A DNA stretch of 42,117 nucleotides from Verrucomicrobiales bacterium (GTDB lineage: Bacteria > Verrucomicrobiota > Verrucomicrobiia > Limisphaerales > UBA1100), in the NCBI GenBank assembly GCA_002728775.1, contig PBVU01000065.1, forward strand, positions 1-42,117. The letters run 5' to 3'. The translations under genes and the position numbers were made by a program. Below are positions 16,487-26,179 of the stretch, in pieces; within the stretch, counting starts at the first letter, position 1, and every line of letters starts with the position of its first letter. The notes beneath the pieces are model-generated. The model saw nothing but the letters and a program-made list of their open reading frames with translations. It did no database searches and was not told where the DNA came from.

Positions 16487-17705
16487 GGAGGTAATCCGCA
16501 ATATGCATTACTCGCATTTTAGAACCGGTTTTTTTTAGGCCGGCCTGAATTTGGAGTTGGCAGCCGGGATTTGAGGTGACGACCACGTCTGCCTCAGTGG
16601 CGAGAATGTTGTCAATCTTGCGCTTTTGAAGGCGTGCGGCCATCTCAGGCTCGGTAAGATTGTAGCTGCCCGCACTGCCGCAGCAGATTTCCGATTCAGG
16701 CAGTTCCACGAAACGATCGCCCGCCACTGCCCTGACCAAGATCCGCGGCTCCGTCGTGATGCCTTGCGGGTGCGCCAAGTGGCAAGCATCGTGATAGGTC
16801 ACCTTTTCGCCTGAGCCATTGTTCGCAAACTGGGTTTCTTCCAGCCATTCAGTCAAGTCCTTCACCTTGTTACTAAATGCCTTTGCCCGTTCAGCCCAAT
16901 CGTTATCCTCGGCAAGAAGCTGGTCATATTCCTTCAAAGTGCTGCCGCAACCGGCAGCGTTAATGATGATGGCATCCAGTTTTAAGGCCTCAAAGACAGC
17001 AATATTGCGTCGGGCACATTCCCGGGCCAATTCAAGCTGTCCACTGTGGGCATACAAGGCACCGCAGCAGCCTTGCCCGGCAGGATTGTGCACGGACCAG
17101 CCTGCGTTATTGAGCAAATTGACCGAGGTGCGATTGGTCTCGCCAAACATCACCTGCATTACGCAGCCTTCGATGAAACCCACATGGCCACGAGGCGGCG
17201 TCTCTGTGGCTTCGCTAAGGCTGGGCAGGGGGGCTGTCTTCCTGAAGTCCGGGACCAAATCGAAGGCTTCCCGCGCGAAGCGAGGCAGAAGCCATTGGAG
17301 ATGAAGAGTTTTGATCAATCTCGCGGGTAACAGGGCCCATCTCATTCGGCCCGGAAACGGAAAAATTTTTTCGATGGCAAATCGGCGCAGAAATGTTTGG
17401 AACCAGGATCTCTTGTAATGCTGCTCCACGTGGTCGCGCGTGTGTTCAAGAAGATGACCGTACTCAACACCACTGGGGCAGGCCGTCTCGCAGGCGCGAC
17501 AGCCTAGGCACAGATCAATGTGGCGCACTGCGGCATCCTCCAGCTGTAACCGCCCAGTCTGCAATGCACGCATGAGATAAACGCGTCCACGAGGCGAATC
17601 GTTTTCGTTGCCCGTCTCCAGATACGTGGGACACGCGGACAGGCAGAGCCCGCAATGCACACAGGCCAGCGACTTCTCCTCATCTATGAATCGTTCGTCG
17701 TTCAT
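16467..17705 (-). CDS. glcF: glycolate oxidase iron-sulfur subunit GlcF
   Basis: Two ferredoxin-type motifs (CVHCGLCLSACPTY and CLGCRACETACPSGV) and two CCG-type Cys-rich repeats (CCGA..., CCGSAG). ATGA overlap with glcE. Confidence 0.9.
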   Translation of the reverse strand: MNDERFIDEEKSLACVHCGLCLSACPTYLETGNENDSPRGRVYLMRALQTGRLQLEDAAVRHIDLCLGCRACETACPSGVEYGHLLEHTRDHVEQHYKRSWFQTFLRRFAIEKIFPFPGRMRWALLPARLIKTLHLQWLLPRFAREAFDLVPDFRKTAPLPSLSEATETPPRGHVGFIEGCVMQVMFGETNRTSVNLLNNAGWSVHNPAGQGCCGALYAHSGQLELARECARRNIAVFEALKLDAIIINAAGCGSTLKEYDQLLAEDNDWAERAKAFSNKVKDLTEWLEETQFANNGSGEKVTYHDACHLAHPQGITTEPRILVRAVAGDRFVELPESEICCGSAGSYNLTEPEMAARLQKRKIDNILATEADVVVTSNPGCQLQIQAGLKKTGSKMRVMHIADYLLNARDE

Positions 17706-18595
17706 GGCGCGGGCAAAATGCCTTTGGGATCAAAGGAACGCTTGATGCGTTGCTCCAAGGCAGAAGGTTTGTGAAGGGTCGGTTCGCCCCTGAAATAATA
17801 GATGCCATTGCCCGCCCGGGCGACGAATGGCTTGATGTCTTGCAGTTGTTCAATGAGTTTGTCCGGAGGGGCGGCTGCAAATGCATGGGATTTTGAGCGA
17901 AAGGAGCCATCATGCGCCAAGTCGCCGGGCTTGTTGATTTTCATTTCATGTGCGCCCTCCACCTGCGCATCCACATCTGCCTTCGCGCCGGAGAGGCCCA
18001 GCACCAGTGTCAATGAGCCGCTTTCGAGGTAATGTAGATCAAGCACGCTGGGCTGCAAGTCCGAGGCCCAGATGCGTTCGATTAAAGTTTTCGCCTCTTC
18101 AAGTGACTCGCACTCACAGCGCAAAAAGACTTCTGACTCAGGCAGCGGCAACAACTTGAAGGTGGCCTCAACAATCACGCCCAACGTGCCGCGGCTTCCG
18201 ACGAAAAGTTTGCACAGATCGAAGCCTGCGACATTCTTGACCACTTTTCCACCATTACGCACCAGTCGTCCATCCGGCAACACCACGGCTATACCAATCA
18301 GCCAATCCCGGATGGTGCCGAAACCAAACCGCCGTGGTCCATTGGCATTTCCTCCGAGCAGCGCGCCAACCGATGTAACTTCGGGCTGCGGAGGGTCGAT
18401 TGGCAGCCATTGACCGTGATTGGCCAGATTTGCTTGGAAAGTTGCCACCGACATGCCCGCCTGCACCGTTGCGGTCATGTCTTCCGGAACGTGTTCGACG
18501 AGTTGATTGATGGCTGACAAGTCAAACGACGTTACATCGCGCGCATTCGGCAACGATTTCTGTAGTTTCTCAAAACTTTCCGCGGTGAGCGTCAT
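17702..18595 (-). CDS. glcE: glycolate oxidase FAD-binding subunit GlcE
   Basis: FAD-binding PCMH-type domain (VKNVAGFDLCKLFVGSRGTLGVI). It sits between glcD and glcF with ATGA overlaps on both sides. Confidence 0.85.
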   Translation of the reverse strand: MTLTAESFEKLQKSLPNARDVTSFDLSAINQLVEHVPEDMTATVQAGMSVATFQANLANHGQWLPIDPPQPEVTSVGALLGGNANGPRRFGFGTIRDWLIGIAVVLPDGRLVRNGGKVVKNVAGFDLCKLFVGSRGTLGVIVEATFKLLPLPESEVFLRCECESLEEAKTLIERIWASDLQPSVLDLHYLESGSLTLVLGLSGAKADVDAQVEGAHEMKINKPGDLAHDGSFRSKSHAFAAAPPDKLIEQLQDIKPFVARAGNGIYYFRGEPTLHKPSALEQRIKRSFDPKGILPAP

Positions 18596-20025
18596 GCGGC
18601 TGCCTGTTTGCGTGGGGCGAATTCCGCGCAGCGCTTGGCGCCGGGGAACATTTTGTGGGGATTGAATCGTTGCTCGGGGTCGAAAGCGCGACGTAGGGTT
18701 TGCATGGCATCCAGATCATCCGCGGAGAACTGCTTGGGCATGAAATCAATTTTTTCCGCTCCGATGCCGTGTTCCCCAGTGACACTGCCACCCAAAGCGA
18801 TGCATTTTTCGAGAATGTCGTGGCCTGCATCGAGAGCACGCTGCACTTCACCCTCGCGGCGTTCATCAAACAAAATAAGCGGGTGAAGATTGCCGTCACC
18901 GGCGTGGAACACGTTGGGGATGCGGAGGTTGTACTTCTTGCTGGTGGCACGAATGAAGCGCATCATCTCGGGTAGTTTGCTGCGTGGTACCACCCCGTCT
19001 TGCGTGACGTAATTTGGGCTCAGTCGGCCAATGGCGCCAAAGGCGCGTTTCCGGCATTTCCAAATGGCAGCCCGTTCGGAGTCGTCCTTGGCCACCCGTA
19101 CCTCGCGGGCTCCGTTGTTGCGGCAAATTTTTTCAACTTGTTCGCCCTGCGCCTCAACGCCCGCGGGCAGCCCATCAAGTTCCACGATGAGCACCGCGCC
19201 AGCATCCAGCGGGAAACCGAATTGATACGCTTCCTCCACAGCGCGAGTGATGAGCTGGTCCATCATTTCCAAGGCCCCGGGCACTATGCCTGCGCTGATG
19301 ATGTCGCTGACTGTTTGGCTGGCTTCATCAACACTTTCGAACACGCCGAGGAAAGTTTTGAATGCAGGGGGTGTTTTCATTAGCCGCACCAGCACGCGCG
19401 TGACTATGCCGAACATGCCTTCGCAGCCGATGGCCGCGCCACGCAGGTCATAGCCGGGTACGTCCTCGCCACCAGTAGGCGTGACGCCAAGCCACTCGAT
19501 CGAACCATCGGGCAGCACTATTTCGTAGCCAAGCACGTGGTTGGTAGTAACACCATTCTTAAGGGTGTGCGGGCCGCCGGAGTTGGTGGCCACATTGCCA
19601 CCGATGGTGCAGGCGGGTTGGCTGGAGGGGTCGGGTGCGTAGAATAGGCCGTGTGGAGCGGCGTCGCGGGTGATCCAGGCATTTACGCAGCCGGCTTCGA
19701 CAAGTGCGCGACGGTTGCGGGCATCAATTTCCAATACGCGATTCATGCGGGTGAGGGCGATCATGACACCGCCGTCAATCGCAAGCACGGATCCGCTAAG
19801 ACTGGTTCCCGCGCCGCGGGGAATCACCGGAACTTGTAGACGATTGCAAAGCTTGGCGATGGCTGCAACTTGTTCCGTGGTTTGAGGGAGAACGACGGCA
19901 GTGGGGAGGTTTTTCTGGAGTGTGTAGGCGTCGCACTCGTAGACAAGGAGTTCCTGCTCACTGGAGACAATGCCGTCTTCACCCACGATGGCGCACAATT
20001 CCTCGATGAGATTGGTTGAGGGCAT
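18592..20025 (-). CDS. glcD: glycolate oxidase subunit GlcD (FAD-linked oxidase)
   Basis: [33 protein letters not shown] and GEHGIG are FAD-linked oxidase motifs. The start is trimmed to the ATG at 20025 ([15 protein letters not shown]...). The track's additional 168 aa are His/Arg-rich, look like junk, and are antisense to the neighbouring gene. Confidence 0.9.
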   Translation of the reverse strand: MPSTNLIEELCAIVGEDGIVSSEQELLVYECDAYTLQKNLPTAVVLPQTTEQVAAIAKLCNRLQVPVIPRGAGTSLSGSVLAIDGGVMIALTRMNRVLEIDARNRRALVEAGCVNAWITRDAAPHGLFYAPDPSSQPACTIGGNVATNSGGPHTLKNGVTTNHVLGYEIVLPDGSIEWLGVTPTGGEDVPGYDLRGAAIGCEGMFGIVTRVLVRLMKTPPAFKTFLGVFESVDEASQTVSDIISAGIVPGALEMMDQLITRAVEEAYQFGFPLDAGAVLIVELDGLPAGVEAQGEQVEKICRNNGAREVRVAKDDSERAAIWKCRKRAFGAIGRLSPNYVTQDGVVPRSKLPEMMRFIRATSKKYNLRIPNVFHAGDGNLHPLILFDERREGEVQRALDAGHDILEKCIALGGSVTGEHGIGAEKIDFMPKQFSADDLDAMQTLRRAFDPEQRFNPHKMFPGAKRCAEFAPRKQAAA

Positions 20026-20100
20026 GGATGGTTGTTTGTTGGCGGACGAATTTGCCCAAAACCATTGCCGGTGTCGAGAGATGTGGCTAGGGTCACGCCG

Positions 20101-21216
20101 ATGACGCCTGAAAAGTTTTCCCCTCCCAAGCGAATGCTCATGGGCCCGGGCCCAAGTGATGTGCCGCCCTCGGTGCTGGAGGCTATGAGTCAGCCGCTGG
20201 TGGGGCATTTGGACCCTTCCTTTGTGGAAATGATGGAGGAGATCAAGGGAATGCTGCGAAAGACTTTCCTGACCGAGAATGAGATGACCTTCCCGGTCAG
20301 TGGCACCGGGAGTGCTGGAATGGAATTTTGTTTTGCGAACTTGATCGAGCCCGGAGATGAGGTGGTGATTGGCGTGAACGGAGTGTTTGGGACGCGAATG
20401 GCGGATGTGGCACTGCGCTGCGGTGCCGATGTGGTGACGGTTGAGGCAGAGTGGGGCCGGATCATTGAGCCTGAACAAATAGTCAGGGCGGTTGAGGGAA
20501 GACAGCCCAAGATCGTGGCTTTGGTTCACGCGGAAACTTCAACCGGCGCATTAACGCCAGTGGAGGAAATTTCAAGAATTGCTCATAAGGCCGGGGCACT
20601 GTTGTTGCTGGATACCGTGACATCACTGGGTGGATGCCCGGTGCGAGTAGACGACTGGGGAGTGGATGCGGTCTACAGCGGCACCCAGAAATGCTTGAGC
20701 TGCCCGCCGGGGCTTGCGCCGGTTTCCCTGAGCAACCGGGCGATGGATGTTGTGAAATCACGGGGCGTCACCGTGCAGAGTTGGTATTTGGATGTCAACT
20801 TGTTGGCCAATTACTGGGGGGACGGGGCGCGGGTTTATCATCATACTGCTCCGATCAGCATGGGGTACGGTTTGCATGAATCACTGCGACTGGTGCTGGA
20901 GGAGGGGCTGGAAGGCCGCTGGCGACGCCATGAGGAAAATCATGGGAAACTGCGCGAGGGGCTGGAGGGGCTGGGCTTGAGTATCGCGTCTCAAGTGGGG
21001 CATCAATTGTGGCAGCTCAACGCGATTAATGTTCCTGAAGGGGTGGATGAGGCAGCTGTAAGAGGCGGTTTGTTAGACAATCATGGCATTGAAGTAGGGC
21101 CCGGTTTGGGGCCGCTAAAAGGCAAGGTTTGGCGTGTTGGCTTGATGGGGCATTCCTGCCAGGCAGAAAATGTGGCGCAATTCTTAAAGGCGCTGGAGCA
21201 GGAGTTGGGGAAGTAG
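20101..21216 (+). CDS. class-V aminotransferase, alanine-glyoxylate / serine-pyruvate aminotransferase-like
   Basis: [17 protein letters not shown] and the PLP-lysine context SGTQKCL. The start is trimmed to the ATG at 20101. Divergent from glcDEF. Confidence 0.85.
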   Translation: MTPEKFSPPKRMLMGPGPSDVPPSVLEAMSQPLVGHLDPSFVEMMEEIKGMLRKTFLTENEMTFPVSGTGSAGMEFCFANLIEPGDEVVIGVNGVFGTRMADVALRCGADVVTVEAEWGRIIEPEQIVRAVEGRQPKIVALVHAETSTGALTPVEEISRIAHKAGALLLLDTVTSLGGCPVRVDDWGVDAVYSGTQKCLSCPPGLAPVSLSNRAMDVVKSRGVTVQSWYLDVNLLANYWGDGARVYHHTAPISMGYGLHESLRLVLEEGLEGRWRRHEENHGKLREGLEGLGLSIASQVGHQLWQLNAINVPEGVDEAAVRGGLLDNHGIEVGPGLGPLKGKVWRVGLMGHSCQAENVAQFLKALEQELGK

Positions 21217-21221
21217 CCAAA

Positions 21222-21316
21222 TGGCGGAAGGGGAGGGATTCGAACCCCCGGTGCAGCTTTTGGCCGCACGCTCGATTTCGAGTCGAGTGCCTTAAACCGG
21301 ACTCAGCCACCCTTCC
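21222..21316 (-). tRNA. tRNA-Ser (anticodon CGA), CCA encoded
   Basis: The minus strand reads GGAAGGGTGGCTGAGTCCGGTTTAAGGCACTCGACTCGAAATCGAGCGTGCGGCCAAAAGCTGCACCGGGGGTTCGAATCCCTCCCCTTCCGCCA. It has a 7-bp acceptor stem GGAAGGG/CCCTTCC, anticodon stem CTCGA/TCGAG with loop CT-CGA-AA, a long variable arm and a GTTCGAATC T-loop. Confidence 0.93.
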
Positions 21317-21360
21317 GTCCCGGGCAATGTATCGCACGCGCGGAACTTCGGCCAGTCACA

Positions 21361-22503
21361 ATGGAGAGTTTTCACAGGGCGGTGAAAAACTATTCAGGGG
21401 TTGCGCTCGACGACTTGAGAGCGGTTCGATTTACTGGCGGGGTGATCGATCGCGCCGAATCATTGGCGAATTTTGTTGAGGTTCTACGGGATGCGGCTTG
21501 GCTGGCCATTGACACCGAGGCGGACAGCTTGCATTCGTATCCGGAGAAGTTGTGCCTGATTCAGGTGGGCATTCCGGGACGGATTGAATTGGTGGATCCA
21601 TTGTGCGGGGTGGAACTGGCTGGTTTCTGGGGGGCTTTGGCTGGACGGGAGCTTTTGATGCACGGGGCGGATTATGATTTGCGGCTGCTCCAAGGTGGGC
21701 ATGATTTTGTCCCGGATCAGATTTTTGACACGATGCTGGCGGCGAGATTGTTGGGTCGTGAAAAGTTTGGGCTGGCGGATTTGGTTCAACATTATCTGGG
21801 TGTCACCCTTGAAAAAGGATCGCAAAAGGCCAATTGGGCTCGGCGGCCGCTGACGCCGCAAATGGAGGAATATGCACGCAACGATGTCTTACACCTTGAT
21901 TCGTTGGTGGAAAAGTTGCGTGATGAATTGCGCGAAAAGGGCCGGGAAGAATGGCACCGTCAGGAGTGTCGGCAGTTGATTGTGGACAACACAAACTTAC
22001 CCGGGCCCGACGAAGATAGGATTTGGCGGATCAAGGGGAGTAACAGATTGTCCCCGGCATCCCTAGCTGTTTTGCGAGAATTGTGGCAATGGCGTGAAAA
22101 GGAGGCTGTGAGGCGGAATCGTCCTCCGTTTTTTGTTTTGTCTCATGATCTTCTATTAAAACTTTCATCTGTTGCGGCGGAAGGAGGGGACTGTCGGCCG
22201 TTATTGCCCCGCAGAATTCCGGAACGGCGAAGATTGTCCATTCTCGACGCCGTCGGGAGAGGGATTGACATCCCCACAGGTGATTGCCCGCAACCAGTCA
22301 AATCTCCCCCGCGTCGAAACGTCACCGCGAAGCAGAAAAAGCGCTTTGGCGAGCTACAGGAGCGCAGGGATCAACATGCAGAGAATCTGGAAATTGACCC
22401 CACTATTATCGCCAGCCGAGCCACCCTGATGGCCTTGGCTCTCGACGAAGAGGAGCACTCGGCCTACGTGCTTCCTTGGCAGCGCGAATTATTGGCGATA
22501 TAG
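21361..22503 (+). CDS. rnd: ribonuclease D (DEDD 3'-5' exonuclease + HRDC)
   Basis: LAIDTEADSLHSY..KLCLIQV (ExoI), MHGADYDLRLL (ExoII), YARNDVLHL (ExoIII) and a C-terminal HRDC-like region. Confidence 0.88.
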   Translation: MESFHRAVKNYSGVALDDLRAVRFTGGVIDRAESLANFVEVLRDAAWLAIDTEADSLHSYPEKLCLIQVGIPGRIELVDPLCGVELAGFWGALAGRELLMHGADYDLRLLQGGHDFVPDQIFDTMLAARLLGREKFGLADLVQHYLGVTLEKGSQKANWARRPLTPQMEEYARNDVLHLDSLVEKLRDELREKGREEWHRQECRQLIVDNTNLPGPDEDRIWRIKGSNRLSPASLAVLRELWQWREKEAVRRNRPPFFVLSHDLLLKLSSVAAEGGDCRPLLPRRIPERRRLSILDAVGRGIDIPTGDCPQPVKSPPRRNVTAKQKKRFGELQERRDQHAENLEIDPTIIASRATLMALALDEEEHSAYVLPWQRELLAI

Positions 22504-22507
22504 CGCG

Positions 22508-23638
22508 CTAGACGAGGTGTTTGTGCGCCTTGGACTCGGCGAGCTTGGCAACGAGGTCGCGCATTTTGTGGGTGGCCCGCTTGTGGGCGACCAAAGTGGT
22601 GTCATCCGTCATAACCACCACGCAGTCGCGCAGGCCAACAAGGGTGATGGGCCTCCGGTTTTTCTTTTCCCGGGTGTCGAAAATGACATTTCTGGATGCG
22701 TCAACATGAACGAAGTCCGCCTCCGCGCAGTTGCCTTCGGGATCGGCCTTTAAATGGCGTGACAAGGCTGGCCAGGCGCCGAGGTCATCCCAATCAAAAT
22801 TGCCATCAGCAACGATGACATTCTGGGCATTCTCCATCACGCCGTAATCGAAGGAAATTTTCCGCAAGTCAGGATAATCCTCGGCCAAGGCCTTTTTTAG
22901 TTTGGCGGAAGAGATGGCTGCATTGAACCAACGTTCACAGGCCTCGTGCAATGGTTTCTGATGCTTTAAAAGGCTCTCGGTAATGGTCGCGAATGAGAAA
23001 ACGAACATGCCGGCATTCCAGCGGTACTGGCCGCTGCTGAGATATTCAACTGCCTTTTCATAGCGGGGTTTTTCGACGAAACGCTCTGCTCGATGAAACG
23101 TGGTCTTGTAAGGTTTGCGGCCTGGGGGGGGAGGCAGGGCCTCGCCAACACGAATGTAGCCGTAACCCGTAGCGGGCTCGCTGGGCGGAATGCCGATGGT
23201 GGCTATGGCTTGGCCACGGCTCGCGAGATCAAAACTCTCTTCCAGGATTTTTTGAAATTTCTTCTCGTGTTTTTGGGGGATGACATGGTCGGCAGGAAGC
23301 ACTGCCATGATGCCGGTCATGGACCGTGCACCCACAAGTGCCGCACCTAAGGCGACAGCCGCACAAGTATCGCGGCCACAGGGTTCAGCGATGATATTTT
23401 CCTTGGGGACTCGTGGAAGCTGTTTTCGGACGGCCGCAGCTTGGGATTCATTGGTGATGACAAAGATATTTTTTGCCGGCACGACCGGCTTCACCCGCTC
23501 GAATGTGTGTTGGAGAAAGGATTTCCTGTCGAACAAGGCAAGGAGTTGCTTGGGGGTCTTTTCCCGGCTGAGCGGCCAAAAACGTTCGCCGCGACCGCCG
23601 GCCATGATAATGGCAAAGTGATCCTTGTTTGCGCTCAT
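22508..23638 (-). CDS. mannose-1-phosphate guanylyltransferase (NDP-sugar pyrophosphorylase)
   Basis: The N-terminal AIIMAGGRGERFWPLSR..PKQ motif, EP.GRDTCAA and GYGYI are present. At 376 aa it lacks a C-terminal PMI/cupin domain. Confidence 0.85.
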   Translation of the reverse strand: MSANKDHFAIIMAGGRGERFWPLSREKTPKQLLALFDRKSFLQHTFERVKPVVPAKNIFVITNESQAAAVRKQLPRVPKENIIAEPCGRDTCAAVALGAALVGARSMTGIMAVLPADHVIPQKHEKKFQKILEESFDLASRGQAIATIGIPPSEPATGYGYIRVGEALPPPPGRKPYKTTFHRAERFVEKPRYEKAVEYLSSGQYRWNAGMFVFSFATITESLLKHQKPLHEACERWFNAAISSAKLKKALAEDYPDLRKISFDYGVMENAQNVIVADGNFDWDDLGAWPALSRHLKADPEGNCAEADFVHVDASRNVIFDTREKKNRRPITLVGLRDCVVVMTDDTTLVAHKRATHKMRDLVAKLAESKAHKHLV

Positions 23639-24444
23639 TAGCTATTTTTTGTGCGAATTGCGTCGGTTAATGTCCGGACAAAGCCGGAAATTTGAGGGAC
23701 CATGTCCGGTGATGCCCCACGGTCGGCAATTTGATTGACGATGGCGCTGCCAACCACAATGGCATCACCATGAGCCGCGACTTCGCGGGCCTGCGCGGGA
23801 TTCGAAATACCAAAACCAATGGCAATAGGCAGGTCTGTGTGGCGGCGAATTATTCCGGTCATGTGCCCAATCGTACTGGAAACAGTCTGTTGCATTCCGG
23901 TGACTCCCTCGCGTGAGATATAGTAAATGAAGCCGCTGCCTCGAGAGACGATTTCCCGAACTCGATCCTCCGGGGTGGTTGGGGCAACCAGCCAAATGGC
24001 GCACAGATCGGATTCGCGCATGAGGTTGGCGTATTCGTCGGCTTCTTCAGGTGGAAGGTCGAGAGTCAGAAGTCCATCCACACCGGCAGCCTTGGCATCT
24101 TTCAAAAATTTGGCGAGGCCGTATTGGTGAAGCAAGTTGTAGTAGATGTAGAATACGATGGGTATCTGTGACTCACGCCGAATATCCGAGATGGTGTCAA
24201 GCAGAGCAGTCGGGGTGGTGCCGCTGGCTAATCCCCGTTGGGCAGCGAGCTGATTAACTAACCCATCTGCCAATGGATCGCTAAAGGGGACGCCCAGTTC
24301 CAGTACGTCAACCCCGGCTTCGTCAAGGGCTATGGCTAGCTGACGAGTGTGTTTCAAATTTGGATCCCCCCCGCCAATATAGGCCACAAAACCTTTTTGG
24401 TTTGCCTTGTTCAGTTCGGCGAATCGTTGCTCGATGCGGTTCAT
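23638..24444 (-). CDS. trpA: tryptophan synthase alpha chain
   Basis: MNRIEQRFAELNK...GFVAYIGGGDP, ELGVPFSDPLADG and GFGIS are typical of TrpA. The start is trimmed to the ATG at 24444; the track's TTG at 24462 adds 6 aa. Confidence 0.92.
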   Translation of the reverse strand: MNRIEQRFAELNKANQKGFVAYIGGGDPNLKHTRQLAIALDEAGVDVLELGVPFSDPLADGLVNQLAAQRGLASGTTPTALLDTISDIRRESQIPIVFYIYYNLLHQYGLAKFLKDAKAAGVDGLLTLDLPPEEADEYANLMRESDLCAIWLVAPTTPEDRVREIVSRGSGFIYYISREGVTGMQQTVSSTIGHMTGIIRRHTDLPIAIGFGISNPAQAREVAAHGDAIVVGSAIVNQIADRGASPDMVPQISGFVRTLTDAIRTKNS

Positions 24445-24458
24445 CTGGACGAAGGATG

Positions 24459-25199
24459 TCAATTGGCCGGGCGGGTTGCAAGCCGCAGTCCCTCAAGGGT
24501 GAGCTTGGGCCGGATTGCAGTAACCGCCTCAATTTTTTCGGCGATCAATTTGGCGTGGCCGCCGGTGGCAATGACGGGAAGCTTTTTTGTGCGCAGTTCC
24601 TTTTGAACACGGCGTATCAACGCCTCGACCAAGCCCTGATAGCCGTGAACTGCGCCAATCCTCATGGCTTCTTCTGAATTGCGGCCAATGGCGGAACGTG
24701 GAGCGCGGAGGGTAATACGAGGCAGGAGGGCAGTTTTTTCGTGAAGATAGTCGGTCATGGCGGCCAAGCCGGGCGCAATGATGCCGCCTGCGTAATGGCC
24801 ATGTCGATTGACGATGTCGAAGGTAACAGCTGTTCCAAAGTCAACAATAACAACCGGGGCTCCAAATTCCTCCAGCGCCGCGCGGGCGTTGGCAAGCCTG
24901 TCTGGCCCAATGGTTGATGGTTTTGGATAATCGATCCCTATGCCGCAAGTCTTGTGGTTAAATTGCATGTGCGGTATGTCCGCTTTGTTTAACCAAGCTT
25001 CCGCTGCCCTTGCGGCCTTCGGAACCACGCTACAAATGACCGCCTTGTGGGTGCGTCGTTGACCGAGGACTAGCTCCAGCAGTCGCGGCATGCGTCCATC
25101 ACTCCAGTGGCGAGTTGGGAGATTATGGGGGCGATGAACCCGTTTCCCCGCCAAGGCGGCAGTCGTACTGCTGTTGCCGATGTCCAAAAGAAGCTGCAT
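24459..25199 (-). CDS. coaX: type III pantothenate kinase
   Basis: MQLLLDIGNSSTT, VVIVDFGTAVTFD and GGIIAPG are CoaX signatures. The ATG at 25199 overlaps the birA TGA by 1 nt. Confidence 0.9.
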   Translation of the reverse strand: MQLLLDIGNSSTTAALAGKRVHRPHNLPTRHWSDGRMPRLLELVLGQRRTHKAVICSVVPKAARAAEAWLNKADIPHMQFNHKTCGIGIDYPKPSTIGPDRLANARAALEEFGAPVVIVDFGTAVTFDIVNRHGHYAGGIIAPGLAAMTDYLHEKTALLPRITLRAPRSAIGRNSEEAMRIGAVHGYQGLVEALIRRVQKELRTKKLPVIATGGHAKLIAEKIEAVTAIRPKLTLEGLRLATRPAN

Positions 25200-26179
25200 C
25201 AAGATTTAGTCAGGCGAACATCTCCGCCGGTTACGGGTTCCAGACGCCCGTGCTCAGTGCGAAGCAGGAGAGCGCCGTTGGGGTCAAGTGACTCCGCTCG
25301 GCCACGAAGGGTGCGAGGGCCTATTTCGATGGTGACCAGTTGGCCGAGTGTGTCACAGCGGCCTTCCCATTCCTCGGACAATTCATCAAACCTACGGTCG
25401 AGGATGCGCGCGTAGTCACGATCCAATTCACGAAGTACGGCAGCCGCCAAGGCAGGCCTGTCGGCGGGGTGGTCCAAGACGTTTTTCAGCGAGGTGGCTG
25501 TCTGCCGAAGCTCGGGCGGGAAATCGCTTTTTGAATGTTGGACGTTGATGCCGATGCCCAAGGTCACATGGCGGACCTGATCCATCTCGGCTTGAAGTTC
25601 AGTGAGAATGCCCGCGATTTTTCGGTCTCCGATCAATAGGTCATTGGGCCACTTGATCCTTGGGTTCAAACCGGTTTCTGTCTGAATGGCACGTGCGATG
25701 GCGGTGGCCGCCGCGGCGGTGAGCTGAGTAGTCTCTGGCGGCAGTAATTGAGGCCGCAACAGAATGGATAGCCACAATCCTTTGCCGGTGGGAGAAGACC
25801 AGCGGCGGCCTAGCCGGCCGCGACCTTTGGTTTGTGCCTCGGCAAAAACCACGAGCCCCTCGGGGTGGTTCTCCAAGGCGAATTTCTGGATGAGATCGTT
25901 GGTGGAAGTGGCTCGGGGAAAGACTTGGATGTCGCGGCCAATGACGCGGGGTTTCCCCAAGCGAGATACGAGATCCGGCGCCATCAACGAGTCCGGGGAG
26001 TCGATAAGCCGGTAGCCGGTGTGAGGGTTTGCGGCAATGTCAAAACCGAGATTGCGCAGCACCTCAATCCGCGACCAGACCGCCGCGCGGCTGATTCCGA
26101 GACGACGGCAAAGCTCGGCCCCGGATGTGCCATTCTTATCATTTCGCAGAGCGGTCAGAATTTTCGTGTCGACGGTCAC
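25199..26179 (-). CDS. birA: bifunctional biotin-[acetyl-CoA-carboxylase] ligase / biotin operon repressor
   Basis: N-terminal wHTH (SGAELCRRLGISRAAVWSRIEVLRNLGFDI), the ligase core GRGRLGRRWSSP, and KWPNDLL. The GTG start overlaps the nadC stop (GTGA). Confidence 0.9.
   Translation of the reverse strand: MTVDTKILTALRNDKNGTSGAELCRRLGISRAAVWSRIEVLRNLGFDIAANPHTGYRLIDSPDSLMAPDLVSRLGKPRVIGRDIQVFPRATSTNDLIQKFALENHPEGLVVFAEAQTKGRGRLGRRWSSPTGKGLWLSILLRPQLLPPETTQLTAAAATAIARAIQTETGLNPRIKWPNDLLIGDRKIAGILTELQAEMDQVRHVTLGIGINVQHSKSDFPPELRQTATSLKNVLDHPADRPALAAAVLRELDRDYARILDRRFDELSEEWEGRCDTLGQLVTIEIGPRTLRGRAESLDPNGALLLRTEHGRLEPVTGGDVRLTKS

Noticed and set aside
20026-20529. N-terminal extensions of track ORFs:
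- glcD as 645 aa
- the antiporter as 536 aa (to 6603)
- the DUF1553 protein to 38429
- D-aminoacylase from 14810
- the beta-propeller from 11203
- the aminotransferase from 20032
   Set aside because: The extra residues are low-complexity or His/Arg-rich and overlap neighbouring genes. Internal ATG or GTG starts give canonical N-termini (signal peptides or family-typical first residues), so these are longest-ORF artefacts rather than fusions.
21222-21316. tRNA-Ser as an integration hotspot or genomic island border.
   Set aside because: There is no integrase, no direct repeat of the tRNA 3' end, and no compositional shift visible nearby. The flanking genes are an aminotransferase and rnd, both ordinary chromosomal genes.
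23124-23131. G8/C8 homopolymer tracts inside coding regions: 23124-23131 in the guanylyltransferase (encoding PPPP) and 41605-41612 in the efflux adaptor (encoding GGG). These could be phase-variation switches.
   Set aside because: The tracts are explained by the encoded Pro and Gly runs, and both frames are intact. Without population or read-level length variation there is no evidence for slipped-strand switching.
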